From the NCBI GenBank assembly GCA_035063585.1, contig JAPSGB010000003.1:128001-192000 (forward strand): a DNA stretch of 64,000 bases, in the 5' to 3' direction. Below are positions 60,694-64,000 of the stretch, one piece after another (the stretch's first letter is position 1; every line of letters starts with the position of its first letter). The DNA is from Polyangiaceae bacterium. GTDB taxonomy: Bacteria > Myxococcota_A > Polyangia > Polyangiales > Polyangiaceae. The notes under the pieces were generated by a model that worked only from the letters and a program-made list of their open reading frames with translations, was not told the DNA's origin and did no database searches. A program made the position numbers and the translations under genes.

Positions 60694-61640
60694 TAATAGC
60701 CGGGGAGCGTCTGACTCGGCTTGCACGTCCGACTGCCGGGGCAAGGCTTCGTGTCCGTCGGATCGCAGATGACTCGGCGTTGCTGCATACCGCTCGTGCA
60801 GCTCGCGGAGCAGTAAATCTTGGTGTACTTGTTGCCGCCCCAATCGCCGCAGCATAGTTCGGCTCCTGGGCAGTCGGACGCGCCCGCGCACTGGTACGTC
60901 GAGGTGGAGCAGCCGAAGCCGCTGCAGGTGCATGAGCCCGCGCCCGGGTCGTAGCAGGAGAAATGGTCGACGTTGAAGGGGTAGCTCGCCTGTATGTCGT
61001 GCGCGACGCAGCAGGCCTGCGGGAGATCACACGACGACGTCCCGCAGGTGAGCAGCCCCGTGATGCCGCCCGTGCCTCCGGTGCCGCCCGTGCCTCCGGT
61101 GCCGCCCGTGCCTCCGGTGCCGCTCGCGCCTCCGGTGCCGCCCGTGCCTCCGGTGCCGCCCGTGCCTCCGGTGCCGCCCGTGCCTCCGGTGCCGCTCGCG
61201 CCTCCGGTGCCGCTCGCGCCTGCCGCGCCGCTCGCGCCGGCGAGCCCCCCGGTCCCCGCCGCGCCCGCTCCTCCGGCTGAGCCAGCGGCGCCCGAGCCGC
61301 CGGCGGTGCCAGCGTCCCCGCTCGCGCCGGCCGTGCCTGCGGCGCCACCGGTGTTCGCGCCCCCGGAAGCTCCGCCCGTCGAGGAGCCGCCCGTCCCGGT
61401 GGGAGCGCCGCCCGTCCCGGTGGGAGCGCCGCCCGTCCCGGTGGGAGCGCCGCCCGTCCCGGTGGGAGCGCCGCCGCTCGCGTTGCCTGACGTGCCGCCG
61501 GTGCTCGTGCTTCCCGCGGCGGAGGCGTCCCCGTCCCCGAACAGATCCTCTCCTTCGCTGCTGCCGCAGGCGACTGGGAGCATCAACGCGAGCGCGGCGA
61601 GGCACGAGCGCAGGGTTCGGGTCGAGTGAAGAGCAGCCAT
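60681..61640 (-). CDS. Cys-rich surface lipoprotein with long G/T/S/A repeat stalk
   Basis: Lipobox PVAC, (GGAPTGT)4 and (GTG)n linkers, C-terminal domain with about 16 Cys. Start trimmed to MAALHS. Confidence 0.8.
   Translation of the reverse strand: MAALHSTRTLRSCLAALALMLPVACGSSEGEDLFGDGDASAAGSTSTGGTSGNASGGAPTGTGGAPTGTGGAPTGTGGAPTGTGGSSTGGASGGANTGGAAGTAGASGDAGTAGGSGAAGSAGGAGAAGTGGLAGASGAAGASGTGGASGTGGTGGTGGTGGTGGTGGTGGASGTGGTGGTGGTGGTGGTGGITGLLTCGTSSCDLPQACCVAHDIQASYPFNVDHFSCYDPGAGSCTCSGFGCSTSTYQCAGASDCPGAELCCGDWGGNKYTKIYCSASCTSGMQQRRVICDPTDTKPCPGSRTCKPSQTLPGYYYCD
61064..61221. repeat. 18-bp coding tandem repeat with 72-bp higher-order structure (AAAB-AAAB-B')
   Basis: A = TGCCGCCCGTGCCTCCGG, B = TGCCGCTCGCGCCTCCGG. 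Confidence 0.92.
61386..61469. repeat. Four perfect 21-bp coding repeats encoding GGAPTGT
   Basis: Unit GCCGCCCGTCCCGGTGGGAGC x4. Confidence 0.95.
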
Positions 61641-61807
61641 TCGTGATCTCCTACATGGCCGGAGCATTTCGTGCCCAGCCACCCGAGTGTAGCACTCCGA
61701 GCGCACGTCGAGCGCGCGCGATTTCACGGCGCCGATGTGCGCTCGGCTCTCACCTCTGCTTCCGGCGCTTCGCTCTTCGGGCCAGCGAGAGGTCGAGCGC
61801 GCTCACG

Positions 61808-62779
61808 TCACGGCGGGGCGTTTGCTGCGCCGGGAGTGCGCGCCTTGAGCTCGAAGTCTGCGCTGTTGTCGTTGGTGTCCGCGCCGTCGGGGAGGCGCGC
61901 CGCGGACTGCCCAGCGGGGATGTTCGAGGCAGGCGCTCCCTCGACGAGCGGGTGGGTGGCCGGGTTGGTGAGCGTCTGCCACGCCATCGCGTCGATGAGC
62001 ACCTCATTCTGATAGAGGCCGATGCCGCCGCCGCCCGCGCCGAGCCCCTTGCCCGAGATGAACGTGGCGTTCTTCGTGCCCGCAAACCCCGCGCCACCTA
62101 CGACGTAGAAGCCGCCCGGGGCGATCGCTTCCGTCCCGGACGACCAGATGGTCTGCGGGAGGTTCCCGCTCGCGGAGCTGTACTTCAGGCTCCACCCCGA
62201 CAGGCTCGAGAGCGCGCAGCTGCCCGCGTTGTAGAGCTCGATGAACTCGTCGCTCGCCGCGCCCGCCGCGGCGGTCGACACCTCATTGATGAGGAGTCGC
62301 GCGCACGGGCCGGCGTCTGCGCCGCCCGAGCCCGCGGCGCCGCCGGCTCCACCCGTGCCGGCCCCGGCGTCGCTCGCGTCCGCGCCTGCGTCACTCAGCG
62401 TGCCCGCGGCTCCGCCGCCCCCACCCGACGCGCCCGCGTCGCCGCCCGTGCCCGACGCGCCGCCCGCGCCTGCCGCGCCGCCCGCGCCCGACGCGCCGCC
62501 CGTGCCCGACGTGCCGCCCGCGCCCGACGCGCCGCCCGTGCCCGACGTGCCGCCCGTGCCGCCCGCGCCCGACGTGCCGCCCGTGCCCGACGTGCCGCCC
62601 GTGCTGGGCGCGCCGCCGCTGCTTGCGCTCGCGTCGCGGAGCGCGTTGTACTCGTCCACCGACACGAAGTCGTGCTCGGGGAACGAGCATCCAGCGGCGG
62701 ACGCCAGCCCCGCCGCAAACATCGTCGCGAGCGCGGCGAGCCGCCGGAGCTCAGAAGCGCCCGCCAACCTGGACTCCAA
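61808..62779 (-). CDS. Lamin-tail-domain (LTD) lipoprotein with GTGG(A/T)S linker; start may be 62722
   Basis: Lipobox AAGC. LTD motifs 'LLINEVST...DEFIELYNAG...LSGWSL', 'IAPGGFYVVG', 'GQSAARLPDGADTNDNSADF...TPGAAN'. Confidence 0.85.
   Translation of the reverse strand: MESRLAGASELRRLAALATMFAAGLASAAGCSFPEHDFVSVDEYNALRDASASSGGAPSTGGTSGTGGTSGAGGTGGTSGTGGASGAGGTSGTGGASGAGGAAGAGGASGTGGDAGASGGGGGAAGTLSDAGADASDAGAGTGGAGGAAGSGGADAGPCARLLINEVSTAAAGAASDEFIELYNAGSCALSSLSGWSLKYSSASGNLPQTIWSSGTEAIAPGGFYVVGGAGFAGTKNATFISGKGLGAGGGGIGLYQNEVLIDAMAWQTLTNPATHPLVEGAPASNIPAGQSAARLPDGADTNDNSADFELKARTPGAANAPP
62420..62605. repeat. Imperfect 9/18-bp coding repeat encoding G(T/A)GG(T/A)S
   Basis: Units of type GCCCGACG(C/T)GCCGCCCG(T/C) recur across this stretch. 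Confidence 0.85.
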
Positions 62780-63830
62780 GGTGATGAGGGTGCGTCGCGA
62801 CGTCGACCGTCACGCGGGAGCGCGCCTGTTCGCGCGCCGCGGGCTCTGACGACCCGCCGCTCAAGAGCCACACGGCCGCGACGCCGAGCGCGACGGCTCC
62901 CACGCCCCCGGTGATGTTGGCCACGGTGGCGTCGAGCTCGCCGCGGTCCTGCGCATTCTTTAGCGTCTCGGGACAGACCGAGCCGATGCAGTCGTCGTCG
63001 AGCTGCCGCTCGACCTGCTTCATCCTGAGATAGAAGACGCCCGCGGTGGCGAGGCTCGCGAGCCCGACGCCGCCGACGATCCACGGCACCACCGAAGGCG
63101 ACGAAGGCTCCGCCGGTGACAGAGGAGCGGCGTGTGCCTCGCTCGTCGCCTCCGGCGGTGCGCCGCCGCCGCCGGAGGGCGCGGTCGCGTGTAAGTCGAG
63201 CGGCACGTCCAGGATCACCTGCTCGGAGGAGCGCTCCTTGGCGTATACCTTCTTCGTGAACCGCTCGCCCGACGCGAGCACGCCGGTGATGACGTGCGGG
63301 CCCGGATCGACGCGGACCTCGCGCCCGATCTCGCTCTGGCCGAGCGCCACGCCGTCGAGCTCGATCTTGATCGTGTCTGCGCCCTCACCGCGCTCGATGA
63401 CGAGCTTCGGGATGCGCTCCTCGAGCGCCGCGCGGGCGGTCTTCACCTCTTCGACGAGCTCGGCGGCGCCGGCTCCGGCCTGCCCAGCCTCGTACTCCGC
63501 GAGGCGATAACCTCCGAGCGCCTCGTTCAGCCGGCCGAGGTGCTCCTTGCAGCGCGCGACGTGGAAGCGCACCTGAGGCGTCTGCTTGATGCGCGCGACC
63601 TCTTGGAAGGTCGAGAGCGCGCCGGTCCAGTCTCCCGCGGCTTCTTGGGTGAGCCCCTGACCGTATAGCTGCCGCGCATGATCGAGCTCCGCCTTGGTCT
63701 GCGCCGCCACCGGCCGCACCGCCGTGACGCTCGGCAAGCCGAGCCCGAGGGCCGCGATGAGGGTGAGGCGCGCGAGCGCCTGGTGCTCGAGTGCTTGGAA
63801 GCGTGCCACGACGAGGACCGAGTCTAGCAT
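62751..63830 (-). CDS. Myxobacterial TPR + PEGA-like protein with C-terminal hydrophobic hairpin and terminal Phe
   Basis: Signal peptide, TPR 'ARQLYGQG...GDWTGALSTF...TPQVRFHVARCKEHLGRLNEA', PEGA-like 'IELDG...VRVDPGPHVI', 'PWIVGGVGLASL', Cys pair, ends 'GVQVGGRF'. Confidence 0.82.
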   Translation of the reverse strand: MLDSVLVVARFQALEHQALARLTLIAALGLGLPSVTAVRPVAAQTKAELDHARQLYGQGLTQEAAGDWTGALSTFQEVARIKQTPQVRFHVARCKEHLGRLNEALGGYRLAEYEAGQAGAGAAELVEEVKTARAALEERIPKLVIERGEGADTIKIELDGVALGQSEIGREVRVDPGPHVITGVLASGERFTKKVYAKERSSEQVILDVPLDLHATAPSGGGGAPPEATSEAHAAPLSPAEPSSPSVVPWIVGGVGLASLATAGVFYLRMKQVERQLDDDCIGSVCPETLKNAQDRGELDATVANITGGVGAVALGVAAVWLLSGGSSEPAAREQARSRVTVDVATHPHHLGVQVGGRF

Positions 63831-63876
63831 TTCGCGCCGCCCTGCGGCGCCGCGCCGCTCCTCACAGAGGTGGTGC

Positions 63877-64000
63877 TCAGAAGCTCACCGTGAGCGGCGC
63901 CACCCGCCTCGAGCTCGATTCTCCGGCGCCGCCGCCGAGCGCGAGATCGACGGCCAGCGCGAGCCCGACGCCGAGCGCAGTCCCGGCGACGTCCCACGTG
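63877..64000 (-). CDS. 3' end of a gene entering from beyond the window, possibly YfiM/DUF2279-like
   Basis: Manual translation ...TWDVAGTALGVGLALAVDLALGGGAGESSSRRVAPLTVSF*. 'WDVAG' resembles the YfiM C-terminal motif, but only 40 codons are visible. Confidence 0.45.
   Translation of the reverse strand, partial: TWDVAGTALGVGLALAVDLALGGGAGESSSRRVAPLTVSF

Overview
A uniformly very GC-rich, gene-dense chromosomal segment, almost certainly from a myxobacterium (Myxococcota, Polyangiaceae-like). That call rests on Cys-rich lipoproteins with GTGG linkers, a TPR/PEGA-type protein, Hanks-type Ser/Thr kinases and an ActDE fusion. I found no mobile elements, tRNA/rRNA or CRISPR arrays. Recognisable content: a TPAT-type TRAP transporter (tatT-dctP-dctQ-dctM), pyrG, dacB, a complete alternative complex III operon (actA-B-C-DE-F-G), a sigma70-family paralogue behind a near-consensus sigma54 promoter, rpmI-rplT-pheS, carB, msrB, plsC, an OPT transporter, cyoE, an aspartate-type aminotransferase, tatA and two Ser/Thr kinases. 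The most interesting unexplained structures: (1) three GT-C-like membrane proteins (one TMTC-like, plus a translationally coupled paralogue pair in which one copy looks degenerate) next to lipoproteins with Thr/Ser-rich GTGG repeat stalks, a candidate protein O-glycosylation system; (2) a dispersed ~20-bp intergenic motif that also forms a 17-bp perfect inverted repeat; (3) an orphan SctO/FliJ-like gene coupled to a lytic transglycosylase; (4) a shared C-terminal 'Gly-rich helix + beta-hairpin + Phe' module; (5) many housekeeping genes detached from their usual operon partners. All functional calls come from motifs recognised by eye; no database search was run.
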